From the NCBI GenBank assembly GCA_002633005.1, contig NMRA01000359.1:213438-277437 (forward strand): a DNA stretch of 64,000 nucleotides. The letters are read 5' to 3'. The notes below the pieces were generated by a model. The model saw only the letters and a program-made list of their open reading frames with translations. It was not told where the DNA came from and did not search any database. Position 1 is the first letter of the stretch. Every line of letters starts with the position of its first letter. The stretch is from Phoronis australis (taxonomy: Eukaryota; Animalia; Phoronida). A program made the translations under genes and the position numbers. Below are positions 1-13,700 of the stretch, piece by piece.

Positions 1-1299
1 TGTGCGTGTGCGTGTGCGTGCGCACCCGTAGTTGACTGTGCAACGGACTAAAAAAAAAAAACGGGAGCACCACTGTGAAGTGCGCGTTCTCGACAGACAC
101 GGGCTCGATGTCCACACAATGGCAGATTGTCGCAAAGTAGTCACCTCTGCTCCGTACTAGGACGCGACAAACTTGTTCATTTGGTAGACACTAATCAACG
201 GTCAGCCACATGCATATATAGATCAGATCCGACTAACTTCCAGAATTATATTTCATAGCCCATTTAAATTGGTGTTTTATGTTTTCTGTTCAATTTTGAG
301 GACTGAATAAAAAGTGAGGTATTGCCGAGCAGCTACAGCTAATCTCTATAATTAAGAATTATTGAAGTGCCTCCGGCACTAGTCAACGGGCCAAATTTGG
401 TGCTTTGAATGCGGGGGAACTGAACCGGGAAAAACAGCAGGCCTACACCGGTCACTACTGTCATGCCGGAGCGGGAGCAAAGAACCGTCGCATGACCACA
501 CATTAATTCAGTCAGCAGAAGCACGCCCCCTCATTATATTAGTAATTGTCTGAAAATCATTTGTGTTCGAATTCGATAACGTCGTACGTTTTGTCCAGTT
601 GTGCTTATGTAGTCATACCTAATTGGCCAGTTCTCGCCTCTTACAGTCCGATGAAAATATTTTCTAAACTTGTGTCTTCTAGTGGTCTTCGAGTTTGTAG
701 GCCTAATCACCCGGACGAAAATTTTGCCGTCGGCCGGCGGCGGCTGTTACTAAGTATACATTGGCTGACTTCTCGAGTGAATGGACGCTTTTCATTTCAG
801 TGCTTAGAGTCGGCAAAACCCTTGTCTTTAATTGGAGCAGGAACATAAAAATGTGGGGTACTGCCTGTGACTATGTTGAGCCGGCGCCGTTATAAACGGT
901 TACCCGGCCATCGCCATTACAGCGTTCTGTCGTTCAGTAACTTTAGTTTTCCAGACGTGAGGGATGCTGAACGTGCGATAACAATCTGGCCATTTTGTTA
1001 ACTTCCCAGCTCAGTCTTTGGTCCCGTATGATAACAAGCAGGCCAATTATCTCCCAAGCTTCAAAGGAAGCGTATGGTGGTTGCACGCTATTACCGAACG
1101 CGTATTCAGAACACAGTCAAACCCAGCCGAGTGCTTTGGTAATCCGTTTGGTCAGAATAGATTGTCTTAAATTCTGTTGTAGTTGGGCGATTTTGGTGAT
1201 TCAAAAACGGAACGTGATCAGCATTTGGCAAGGAATTCAGAAATGCTATTGGTTTAAGCTCAAATATGTTATAACTAAACTTTCATTTTTATCAGCCCA

Positions 1300-1800
1300 G
1301 TCAATGAGGATAGATACGATCTGATCGGAGATTAGGAGCAATTATTCGGAACAAAAGAGCGAAGGCCCTCCAACCATAAACGCCAGAATGGCGGAGTTAA
1401 TCAGACGTGTAAGATATTGGCTACGGGGGTAAACTTCCCAACTTGTTGGGCTATAGAATCGAACAAGACGGGAGCAACGGGATGTCCCGCCGCGCCGTCA
1501 TGCCTCGGAGGATGACGCGACACTAAATATTTCCAGCCTCTGGCATGCCTTATATAGAAGCGAGGCAAAACTAGCCATGTAAACATGGGTGTCATTTCCC
1601 CCATTTTGGGCCATGTATGAAGGCGCCCCCAGGAAACAGTGCGCCCCTTCGGCTGTAGGCCTACCCGCGAGGCTGGCCGCCGGCCCGGGGGGGCGGCGCC
1701 CACTGCCCGGCTTCACATGACTACGGTGCGTACAAGTGAGCCTGGCGGCCGCCGCAGAGCTACCTCAGCCCTTGGAAAGCGCAGTCCCCTGGGGAAAATG
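1300..1800 (+). promoter_or_regulatory. GC/CpG-rich segment, possible promoter or non-coding first exon of the flippase gene
   Basis: Locally GC-rich with GGGCGG; TATA-like cttatatag at about 1549-1557; possible donor AA|GTGAGC at 1736. Confidence 0.25.
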
Positions 1801-2224
1801 TTTCATTGGAAACAATTTTACATTTATACAGCATCAAAAATCGCATACGATGTAAACAGAGTGTTCTCGGACGTCGAGAAGTTGAAGAAATAAAATAGTG
1901 TCTCATTCAAGCAGCAGATGTCTCTCGGTATTTAATGACGGTTTTTGATAGTGAAGGAGTGATAAGACGCGTACTAAACAAGAGGGACTTTTCTAGGAAG
2001 TGGACGGCCGCCTTTGTTTATGTACGTGGCGAATGCCGCGTACATGAGGATATTTTACAGTGCATTTACTGTTCACAGAGATGTGGTAAGCCTGTTTCGA
2101 TTGTTTTTGCTAATATATATATTCGCATGTCATCCACTGTTGCGTTGAGATGCGTTTATAGACACATCTCGAACATGTCAAAGTCCATTGGATATGATAG
2201 ATTGTCCATTGCGTGTCGCATTTC

Positions 2225-2577
2225 TATTAGTCGCAATGCTATACGTGAACTTGGAATCCTGCTTAATTTTAAGATCGCGTAGGCCTGAACTTGGAATTAA
2301 ATTTTCCTTAAAGTAATCAAGTTTTTCATCATTGCATAAGTGACGTTGTTTAGTTGGCAAAAGCTATAAATTATAAAGGTTGATTTTAATCAATTTTAAA
2401 AGATTTACATTTTATTAATATGACGTGATATGCTTTAGTGACATGCAATTTTTAAGTGTGAATGTGATTATTTGAGTGAAATTGCCAAGTTTCTTAGGGA
2501 ATTCCACGTTCAGGCATGTGTGATCTTGAGATAAAGCAGAATTCCAAGTCCAAGCACAACAGCAATTCGATTATTAA
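2225..2577. mobile_element. Old degenerate MITE
   Basis: tgaacttggaatcctgctta...gcctgaacttggaatt (about 2247-2298) is inverted relative to aattccacgttcaggc...gaattccaagtcca (about 2500-2552). Confidence 0.6.
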
Positions 2578-2647
2578 CAGTGTGTGTGTGTTTGTGTGTG
2601 CATTGATGTCCGTACTAGAGTAGGACAAGATTTTTCTGGTCTCTTAC

Positions 2648-3576
2648 TAGGCAATGACCATCGCCTCTGTTGGCCCGAAGCAGAGGCGATGCAGAGGCTA
2701 TAGGCGCTCTGTACGCCGGAAGCTTTTCGGCGAATTATGCCTCGCACCGACTAAACCATCAAAGTCACGTTGTTATAAATACCTTTTGCGCATAGAGGAA
2801 CACCTTAGGAGGTTGTCGATGTGTTTAATTATTTCCAACTCGAACAAATACTCCCGTTATGAAATTTTTTCTTCGAGCAGTCCCTTTTTCAGTTCCCAAA
2901 ATCGTGAAATCAACTTTTTCATTTTTTTAACCAGGCCGAAGGTCAGAAGTTGCCGACCTACCGGCGAACTTTGAAAGCTGAAGTTCCCGCCCTTCGCGTA
3001 CGTGCTGCCGGAAACCAGCCGTGCATTTGCCGTGTTGTTAAACATTAAAATGTCAAATATGTGCACAAAGACTATTAAATGTCATATCAACAGCATTTAT
3101 TTTTATCAAATACAAACAATGATTCATTGAAATACAATCAGTTTCAAGTAACGCCAATTAAAGACAAGTATAAGTGGTGGCATTTTGGAAATGAACATTT
3201 GACTGACAAGACCGCAATGGCTCACCTTTGGCCTATTTAAAGATTGAGGTCATGAATTCACATCACCTAGCGAGCGCGGTAAAAATTGGAGCGTGCGCAG
3301 TATAAAAATAGTGAGTTCACGATTTTGGGAACTAAAATAGGGACTGCTCAAAGAAAAAGTTTGATAATGGGAGTATTTGTTCCAGTTGGAAGGAATTAAG
3401 CACATCAACAACCTCCTCAGGTGTTCCTCTATGCGCAAAAGGTATTTATAACAACGTGACTTTGATGGTTTAGTCGGTGCGAGGCATAATTCGCCGAAAA
3501 GCTTCCGGCATACAGAGCGCCTATAGCCTCTGCATCGCCTCTGCTTCGGGCCAACAGAGGCGATGGTCATTGCCTA
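2648..3576. mobile_element. Non-autonomous foldback/MITE with about 260-bp TIRs and 9-bp TSD (Mutator/MULE-like)
   Basis: TAGGCAATGACC...GGTCATTGCCTA near-identical inverted arms; perfect TSD gtctcttac at 2639-2647 and 3577-3585. Explains the mirror-image 106-aa ORFs. Confidence 0.9.
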
Positions 3577-4315
3577 GTCTCTTACATGCTGTATTTCTGA
3601 AATGCGCTATATCGCAGAGGTCCTAATCAGGCACAAAAGACTAGAAGATTTCAAAGCAGATTTGTTGATAAACGTTTTGACTCTGGATCACTGAATCACT
3701 GAATAACGGGCCCGTTACTTAGTGGATGAAACTGGTTCTGTAAATCAGGCACCGCTATACCTGACCAGGTGAAACATTACATACTTGCACTATTAGGCTA
3801 GATATCATATAGCTATATGGATATTTTTTTTGCCGTCTTTAGTATTTGAACGATATATATTTTATAGTGTCTTGAGTTTCCTAAAGAGCTGCATGGACAC
3901 ACTTTCAGAAACCTCCATTTTGTACGCAGAAAGCTCCTGACTGCTCTTTTGAAAAAATTTGGGAGGGCTATTTCAGAAACTACTCGTAGTGTTGCTGGGA
4001 GTTAGAGTTCATTTTATCATCAGTTTTCCCGCATTGCCTAATGTTGACAATTAATCAACTCGAAGAGGTGTTTTAATGAAAACTAATGATATCTTACAAC
4101 ATTTTTGGTACATGTGCCTCATGGCAAAATGGACAGAAGGAGCCTCCATAGAGGTTTTTTCGAACCTTATTTCTAACAGCTTATGGTTTACTTGTTCCCA
4201 TTTCAGTTCATAAAATGGTAAAAAAAGAAGAAACTGGAAATGCTGTGTAGAACATAAGAGAGAGTTAATTTTACACCAGTGTATTGTTATCAATCTCATT
4301 GACAAGTACTTCAAA

Positions 4316-4734
4316 ATGGGTAATTGCCTTACAAGAAACCGTATCACTGGTGAAGATTTGATTGAGGCGCCTTCCGACAATGGCCTGCCATTCCGACGTG
4401 TTTGTCCGAACCATCTCATTCCAGAAGATATCAATCCCAAGGAGCACCCAAACCGAGGCTTCTCTCACAATGCGATTGAAACCCAAAAATACTCAGCTTG
4501 GACATTTCTGCCAAAGAATTTGTTTGAGCAGTTCCACCGGGTGGCCAACGTGTACTTTCTCTTCATAGTCATTCTCAATTGGTGCCCTCTTTTGAATGCA
4601 TTTGCAAGAGACGTGGCCATGCTCCCTCTTGTGTTCGTACTGGCGGTAACGGCACTTAAGGACGGGGTTGAGGATTACTCTCGCTATAAGGCAGACAAGA
4701 AGGTCAACGGACGGTCGTGTCGTGTCTACTCCAG
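4316..4734 (+). CDS. ATP10: ATP10-like coding exon 1a (N-terminus, TM1-TM2), alternative first coding exon
   Basis: MGNCLT...[26 protein letters not shown]...KDGVEDY...CRVYS; ends AG|GTAGGT; 419 nt, phase 2, joins exon 2 in frame. Confidence 0.92.
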
Positions 4735-7700
4735 GTAGGTAACGCAGAATGTGAGAAGAGTCAAATTTTAGCGAAATGGATGCAAGATAAATCTCTCTAG
4801 GTTGATTGACGTTAATTCTGTACCATCCTCATACATGTCAACCTTTACGGAAATGTAGTCTATGACATTCCTTTAGAAAAAATTCAGTATTTATTTAGAG
4901 GTATAATCAATTCCCAGAATGATAAAAGAACACGTCACATTTACAAATGTAAGTTGTACACCGCAGATAGCATAAACAGCATGTGAAGAGTCTTATGGAA
5001 TCGTGCAATATCTTTTGGTAGCGAGACTTCGTTACACGTTTGATCATGGGTATATCATATTTTTTAATGCAGCTGTGCTACTCCATAGGTTGCCTGAGCA
5101 TGTCTTTCATTTCAATGAATTGGTAAATTGTCATTGTCACATTACAATCCAGTTTAGAGATCTTATGTATTTTTTCTTTTAATATTGATGTTTACAGAAT
5201 ATGATACAGGTGGGGACCCGAGGGTGTTGTATTTATCCTCTTCATCTTAGCACAATTGTCTGATTCAAAGTATTCTCATTTTTCCTTGCTCACATGTGTG
5301 ATGTTTTGTTAAATCTAACAGTCAAGGATTCAGTTTTGATAGACGCTGCAATGTGCTTTGAATCAAATATACCTGGATGTTAAATTGCTGTGATTGTCAT
5401 GCGTGCACCCAGCCTAAAATATGGGAGGGGCTTGAATTTTTGCCAATGTGGATCTTTCACCAACAAAAAAAATGGGGGACTAAAAAAAACAGGGTACCAC
5501 ATTTCAGAGCTATGAATTGTGCATTTGCGCCTTTTTAGTGGACTTTTGCCTCGTTTTCTCGGACTTTTTGTAACTCTGAGGTGGACCTTTTTGCCCTCTT
5601 CGCCAAATGGGGGGGCTCAAATGAGCCCCCCCTAGGTGCACACATGATTATTGTGGCAGAATTGACAAAACATGCTGGCAAAAAAAGGTAACTGTCTTAA
5701 ATATAGTGAAATACGCACCCCATGTGGCTGCACATCCCATAAGACTGCTCTAGACAGCTCCATTTAGAATTGTTTTTGTAGACTGCCTCTGACCCATAGA
5801 GCAAAATTTGGAATGAACACCCGATGTTCTGTGTATTCTTCAATAAATGTATATCACCTTAAAAAACACAGGAAATCTTGGAGCTAGTGGAAGTGATATA
5901 TTGTTGATAAGCCAAGACAAGGGTCACAGTATGAATGCCTTAGTTATGTAAATGCTTGTTTCTTAAGCTGCATATCCTGTTACTTGAATGAAATTTCTTG
6001 GTCTGGTTGGTTCTAACTTGCGACTTGAGTTTTACTAGTATATCCCACATTGGCAACTATTTTGATGCCCTAGTTGTCGGTAGTAATTGTTATTTTTATT
6101 TGAATTATTTGAAGATACCGGTATTCAGTTTAGGAGTCTTATGGACATAGAACTCCTGGCTTGTGTACAGGTAACTGCCCCTCATAGATATACCGTAAGC
6201 ATTCTGGTTAATGCCCATGTTCAGTTAAGAGCCCACCCTGAATTTCTTGAAATTTCACGTTTAAGCGCCCATGTCTAGTTAACCGCCCACCCCTGATTTT
6301 TTGGGTTGCCAAGTTAACCGCCCAAGGCGTTAACCCAAACATTTACGGTATATACTGCGTTTTTATAGCTGACGCAAGATGCCCAGACTTGTTAAACGAA
6401 TTGCATGTTTGGTGGACGGCAATTTCAGTGTTTTGAATTGAATGTACCATAAAAAATTAAACATTAATTTTGCAATCAGTGCACCTCACACTTATCCCAT
6501 TACCAGTACGCCATTTAGTGGCACCTGTCCTTGTGAAGTTTGCTATGTGTCCGTCCTCGCGTTGTGTATTACGAGGCAGTTCACAGATGCTTTTTCCCCA
6601 ATTATCTTATCCGTGAAAGCAGCAGGGGGTTATGTCTATGTATATTCCTGGAGGCGTTAAGTACTGTGTACACTTCCTGGTTAGTAGTATAGGAGTAGGT
6701 TTTATTGTCGACTTCGTATACAACATGCAAGCTGTGTCGGCCATGTTCCCTCGAGATTGCATGGCTGAAATTTGCGAGTACATTTGCCAATTACCAACTG
6801 TTTATTTTGATGTCACTCATTGTTCATCTTTACTCTTATCGATTGCCATTTTTCTGTTATCTATAGGTGTAGTTATAGCCAGGGGCAGTGTAAACAATGA
6901 TTATAAAGGAATTGAAGTAAACTTGTGTCTGTGTACACTAAAAGACAGGCACCAGCAAGCTTGAGACATAGCTTTTGACCAGTGAAAAAAGCTGGCCTAT
7001 GCAAACATTTGTTGTGAATTTAAAAATCCATCCTTGTCCTAGAACATTGATCATTTTAGAACAACTTCATTTTTTAAAATTTTGACTTGCTTCTTGAAAG
7101 AAATTTGCATATTTAGTGGATTTTAGAAAGCTGTTAGTGACTTTCAAGAAAAAATCTACTCAACTAGTCAAAGTTTAAACTAGATACAGCATTTTTACCC
7201 AATAATTTGAACTTTTAGACTGAACTGCAACTTTTATGTTCGTAGTGATGAAGATGCTATGTTGGTTTGGATGTCAATTGCCATTTTTTTTTTTGGGTTA
7301 ATGTTGTGACAAAACATGTTTTCACCCTTAATGGATTTATTAATGATTATCATTGTAGTAATATTTTGTGTAAGGAGTGCAGTTATGCCCAGCATTTAAA
7401 AAGTAACTTGTTTGCATAAGAAAGCTGCATTGATTTCAATTGATGGTTTTTCATAAAAAACACTGGCTTGTGGCAGCTTTTTAGACATTTTCAAAATTAA
7501 AGCACTGGTTGATTTAAATAAAAATTGTAAACTTCAGTATTCAAAAGATAAAAAGATGCTGTGGCTGTGTTTGAAAGATGAATAATGGAATAAGCTGATT
7601 CAGTTTCTCTAAAATCTTTTAGGCACATTTTGAAAGATTTTCTGAGTGAGACTGAATGCGGTTTCTTTATAGGTAGTGGATTAAAAGTTGTTGTACATTT

Positions 7701-10700
7701 ACTTATCCCACTCAAACACAATATGCCTTAGTTTTGCTAGAGTTTCTCTTCTTTTTTATAATGTTTATTACGAAATCTTCGATACAATGAATATACATAA
7801 CCCAGAAAGCTCCAAGAGGCATTATATCTGGGTTAAAAAAGTACAAAGAAATCTGTATACAATTATTTTACACAAATACATAAAAAAGAAGTCTGTATAC
7901 AATTATTTTACACAAATACATAAATTAAAAAAACTGTTGTTAAGATCACAATGACATATGATTTCCGAAAGTAAATAAATCATTTTCATACACATATATA
8001 CAATTCTATCGACTCACACAAAGAGATTTAATATTATAAAGAAATTTTGATACTATTTCGAATAAAACCTTATTTTCATTTGGGTTGAGTTCTTGACTTC
8101 CATATAGAAAAAAAATAATTTTGTTGTACACTTGTGGAATTTCAGAATATTTTTTATAAATATTGGGGTATTGTTCAAGTGTCTGGAAAAGCTGTACCCT
8201 CTGCTCCTTGCATACCTCGCAAGCAAAGAAAACATGAGCATTTGTCTGTGCATCTCCACAGCAACATAGAGGCGAAATATTATTAAAATTATGTCTAAAT
8301 TTCTCGTTGTTAAGGAATAGACCGCATCTTGATCTGTAAAAGATTATTTCGTGGGCTTCTCTTCTCAACACCTTATAATTCCCAGCAACCTTTGCGCATA
8401 TGAAAATGGCAGCTATCAACAAAGAGTTGAATAGATTTGCCTCTCCAGTAATTTCAGAAAATACATTTTTATGGGTTGACAATTGCTAGTTACTTAGATA
8501 TTTGAAGAAAAAGGCAGCATTTCAATTGGAGGTGACCTTAAACTATCCAACTTTACAAACACAAGATCCTACAAGCAAATCTGTTTACAAGAAGAAAAGT
8601 AGTGTAAAGATAAATTTGTTAGACACAAAGAAGCAAACTGTAGCCTGAGGGCTAGTTACCTACAGAAAAAATAACACTTGAATAGTGTTTATGTACTAAA
8701 GCAAAAAAAGGAAACTGGGATATAAAAAAATTGACACAAATATTCAAGCAGTCAAAAATGTAGTAGTTACCACCTTGGTGAAAAGATATACAACAACAGA
8801 TAACAATTTTGGCACTCACAGTCATTTTTTGCATTTTATTTCATTAGTATAGATATGTCCAAAGATATTACTGCAGAATACAACTGAATATAAATTAACA
8901 TGGTATCTGGGGAAACAGGTGGACATTACAGAATTATACAAACAGTAATAATGACTAATTGTGTACCAGCATATACAATTTATATAGACACATGCTCCAT
9001 GTATTATGTACATGCATATACTAATATGCACATACATGCTACATGTATTTATGAAAAGGGATACACAAGTAATACTTTTACGTACAAATGTGCACTTAGT
9101 CTATGAAGAATAAGTATGCAAAGGGTATTTTATAGGGAAACATACCGTGTGTGTGTGCCTGGGTGTGTTTGTCAATAGGAAATATACCATAGGTATTTAT
9201 GTATGTGTGTGTATGTATGTTTGTATAGTATGTGTGTATGTATGTATATAACCTGATATTATTTATGATAGCAGGAAGGCATTAATAAGTTCCTCTGATT
9301 ACAGTCATATGAACTACAGTTGCAATATCAATATGGTCAATAAAGATAAGCTTCAAGCACACGGGCATTCATAAGGAAAAGTTGTTACAACACACTTGAA
9401 GTTTTTCAGGTCATGAATGCAACATCTTATTGTTATGTTGGCGATAACTTTTTCACGTTGACTACCTTGTGCTTTACACCATGAAATAACCAACAAAGTT
9501 TATGTTGCAGAACTCAGGGTGGCAGACGTTACCGTACACGTATACACCTGTATGCGCGTGCTCTGTGCAACTTGTTATTAGTGGGGAGACGGCAATGAGT
9601 TCCATTTGGGTTCTCAATTTTTTCTAACAAGTTTATTCACACTTCAAAATAAAGAATTCAAAGAAGTACCGTGGCCCTGAAATAAGCATTGCGAAGGTCT
9701 CATGAAATTGTCAATATTAGTCGAAAACAGCCGGCATTCTAAGTTAAATTTGGTCATGGTTTCTGAGGTGACCGGGGTCTATTCTGACGGAATAGTCCAT
9801 TTCAGATGATTCTGCAAACGCGGTGACTACTAAGGAACAGGGCTGCGTTCCGTGACGGAAGACACTTGCTAGAAAAGCTAACGTGGCAGCGTGCTTTGCT
9901 GCTAAAAACCCCGGCTTTCGGCAATATGACGAAGAAACACGTAAAACGAGTTACCCAACTTTTCGTACGTTTAACATTTCCGACGAACGATCTTCCCTGG
10001 AGGTGAGCGTAAGGATCTGAAAACGAATTCAAAACGATGTTACACGACCAGTCACTAACTTTCACTAAAAATTATCAACGGCCATCAAACGAGTGTTGCT
10101 GCGACATAAACATCTGTGGTCACCGAGCTATGCACGTAAGGCTCGATCACAGGATATGTGCGGGCTTTTGTAAAGGCACTGTCTCAGTAACTCGACACTG
10201 TTCGGAAATCCACGTCGTTACCGGGTCAGAAGGGAATGAAGCATTCATTTTCATTGTCCAGCAGGGAATCGAATCCCTTCGTCATTCCCAGCCGTAGGGA
10301 AGGAACTTTCCTGACGTAATCAACTGATAAATCTCTATGATGAAAATAATCATGGGATTAAATAAAACGGGGACGTTATTTTTTGTCACTTCATTATTTT
10401 TCTCTATCTCGAAACCATTATCGCCAGACATAGCGTGTAATCGAAACTGAAACCCGGCGGTGTCGCAGCTAAACCGCTTGTGTTTGACTGACCAAACAGT
10501 ATGGCGCCGTTAGGCTCAGCCATATATCCTATCAGGACAATTAGTGACTACACAACGAAATTTGAATCAACATTTTCAGTCGTTTACTTGCTGGGAAACT
10601 TACCATTGGCGGATTTAGAGGGGCCAAAGGGCCATGCCCCCCCCCCTAAAATCCTCCCAGATTCCATTTGGCAGTTCGGGAGTGCGAATGTGTGACGGGC

Positions 10701-13700
10701 AAAATCCTGGCTAATACGTTGCCCTGCCCCCAAACTCAAAATCCTGGATCCACCCCTGAAATGACTGATATTGCATGTATATCCACGAAGTATGTAACTT
10801 TTCAAGTCAACAAATTACTGCAGGAACTGTCGGGCATTCAGTTTTATTTTCAATTGGTTAGTCCCGAAAACATGGAGTACCAGTATTTTCAAGGAAGCAT
10901 TTCATATAGTCGGCTATGCAGTACTATAAATTTCAATTGACTTGTGGGAACGTGCATCGTTTGAAAAACCTGATGGCTAGTAACGGCCATGAAAGCCGAT
11001 TTTTGTAGCTCTTGCGTCTACAAAGCGCGCTCCAGTTCGGGAGTTGCTTTCTCAGTCCAATGTTGGCCAGTAGTCTGTCCCGGATGCCTGTTATAAGTGA
11101 CGGTCGGCACGTAATTCCACACTTGGCCTACAATGACTGCTGTCCTACTCACTTCCTTGTTTGAGCGAATATAACTGAGGTCAATTTTAGTTAGCTCGTG
11201 AGTTTAGCGCCAGACGAAATAACGAATTTTCTTTTTCCTTTTGGGGAATATGCTCAGCATTAACAACTGGACAATGTTTTCTTTCGTATCAGTAAGGGCT
11301 TCGTAGTCAATGGACTCTGTTGCAGTTAACTGTTACCGTGCTTTTTTTCGAAAATAGCATCGATATTAATCGGTGAGCTGAGTGAAAGGAGTGAGGTTGA
11401 AATTTTCGAAAATAGTTGCTGTCATTTTGTTTAAGACTGTTCACGATTGCTGAACATTTTACTTCTCAGTGTGGACATTTTAGTCGTAATCGTCACTGTC
11501 GTCTGATGCTGAATTCTACAGGCAGAACCGCCACCATTGAAGTCGTCGAAATGCTTGAGCTGGTCCTTACATCCCGTGACCCCGTTTTTGACGCGTCCGG
11601 TGGTGGGGGTGCGACCCCACTCTTTCTATGCTTTTACTGCTAAAACAGGAATATTTAAAGCCTTTCTTGATCGGTAACACCTGTAAATTTAGTTCCTACA
11701 GTATGTTAAGAGTATCGCTCTGAGCCCACTAGTGCCATAAATTGCCAAATGTAACGAACTGTTAGGCATATTGACTTGCTTTTGTTTACGTCACCACGAG
11801 AATCACCTTTTAATTCAAACACTGAGTTGCCAATATACCCGCACACAATGGTGTTCTATTCCGACCCTTTTTCAATACAACTGTTATCGGCCTTTTGTTA
11901 TTTGTGCTGGGATCTCGCGATGACGCAACATAGCACGAAAAGGCAGCTTCACCTAACATTTGGCATGATTGCATTTGCGTGATTGAACTCAGTCCGGTGC
12001 GTTTTCTTATTTTACTAAGGCTTTGTTAGGACTATCTGGTTAGCCACTGCATCTAAAATAACAAAATTACGTTGACGTTAGGCTTTAAAGGACCATTTCG
12101 CCGTTGTTTGGTTATAAATGTTTAATAATTAATCAAAATGCTTTGTGGTTTAAAAAACATTACCACGCTCATCCGACCTTTATTTGTTGCTGAATGAACA
12201 AGAACTTAAGCCATAGTTAACATGTACGTGCTTCAATTTTCGAATTCACAATTTTAGTGTTGGCACTTTGAAGCGTTTTCTTGATGGTTTCTAGTTCTGG
12301 TTGGTAATGGACATCGAGTCTTATCATGGGAATTAGAAATATTTTGGGACCGATTTTTTGAGTTTATTTACCTTATTCAGTTTTTCGTGTGTTTTTTTTA
12401 TCTTTGGAAGGTTAACACTGATGAAATGCCATGTTTAGCGGGCTAAAAACGAGAATCGAATTATGCATTTTACTCTCATAAAATCGGTTTCATGGCATTC
12501 CTTACTGGTGGCGATAGTATTCTATTGTCATTACCGACAAGAACATCGAAACCGTTAGTAACTCAAAAAAACGATTCAAATTTAATTGGGACTGGCTAAT
12601 CATAAACTTGCGAATTCGAAAGTGGCTTATGTAGGCATTGTCTGTGGCCTGAGTTGGTAGGGGAAATAAAATCTCATCACGGTAAGGAATATCTACACTC
12701 TTTCACAGTAGGTAGCGCAGTGTAAGAACTGAGGTACTGAGTATGAGGACGATTTTATGAGAGTAAAAGCTTACTTCGATTTTCGTTTTAACCAGCTAAA
12801 CGAGACGAAATGAGGCTTTAATCTATTCAGTACAGGTCCTGTTTACAGCCAGCAAAGCCTTGCAGGTCTGCACAAGATGGGACGGGCGTTAACCCGAACG
12901 AAGACTATGTTTCTTCTGCGTATTTTGATTTCCCACTTTCACACCAGAGGTCGTGTGGATATTTTCTGTTGTTTTTGAGACATGAGGAGAAAAACGGGCG
13001 TCATGAAAACGCCAACTTTTTTATTTCTGCAAAACTGTGCAAGAAGAAGCAATTCAATTTGAAAAGGTAAGTATTCTAAGCAGAAGTTAACGCATTCATA
13101 GTGACAGCAATTGTATCATGGAAATAAGGACAGGTATTACAACACTCAACTAGGCTTCCTTCATGAATTCGTTGTCGAAATTCGTCTGCTATCAGTATCA
13201 AGATCACTGGAAGACACTGCTGCGGTGCTGGGCAGCACTTGATTGACTTCGCCGGGTAAACCGGCGAAACGGGCAGTCAGTCGAGTGCAGGCAACGATTC
13301 TTTTTCCGCAGCTCAACGGAACCGGCTTTAGTGATTGGTGTATAAACTGGAATTTGTCCCAGATCATGTCTTACCCGACTTACTCGGCAGAACTGGAAGA
13401 GTGAATCGAGTGTTGCGGGCATGTAGTTGCAGTTAACTCCAGTACTTTCTTATGAAATTCTCAATGCCTGCGCCACTTACTTTGTGTACATATCTCAGCT
13501 TCTACAGTTCTGGTATATGTATTCAATGCTTTCACAGTCATCATTTTGGAAATGCACTGTCAAAAACGAGGCAACTTGTTGCCCTTATTAAAGATCCAGG
13601 CATTCATGGTACATTGTTGTGTACCTTTGTGCAGAAACGATTTTAAAGTCACAAGTTTCTTACTACAAAACTTCTGTGCAAAGTAAATGGGTATCTTAAA

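Noticed and set aside
1-61. (GTGC/GT)n tract followed by an A-run, possibly the end of a Helentron-type element on the minus strand
   Set aside because: Truncated by the window edge, so it cannot be supported
1401-1893. Overlapping Arg/Pro/Gly-rich ORFs
   Set aside because: By-product of local high GC content
2654-3570. Two near-identical 106-aa ORFs on opposite strands (MTIASVGPKQRR...)
   Set aside because: They are translations of the two TIRs of the foldback element, not genes
9480-10560. CpG-rich segment that looks like a transposon interior or promoter
   Set aside because: I could not identify termini, a TSD or coding motifs
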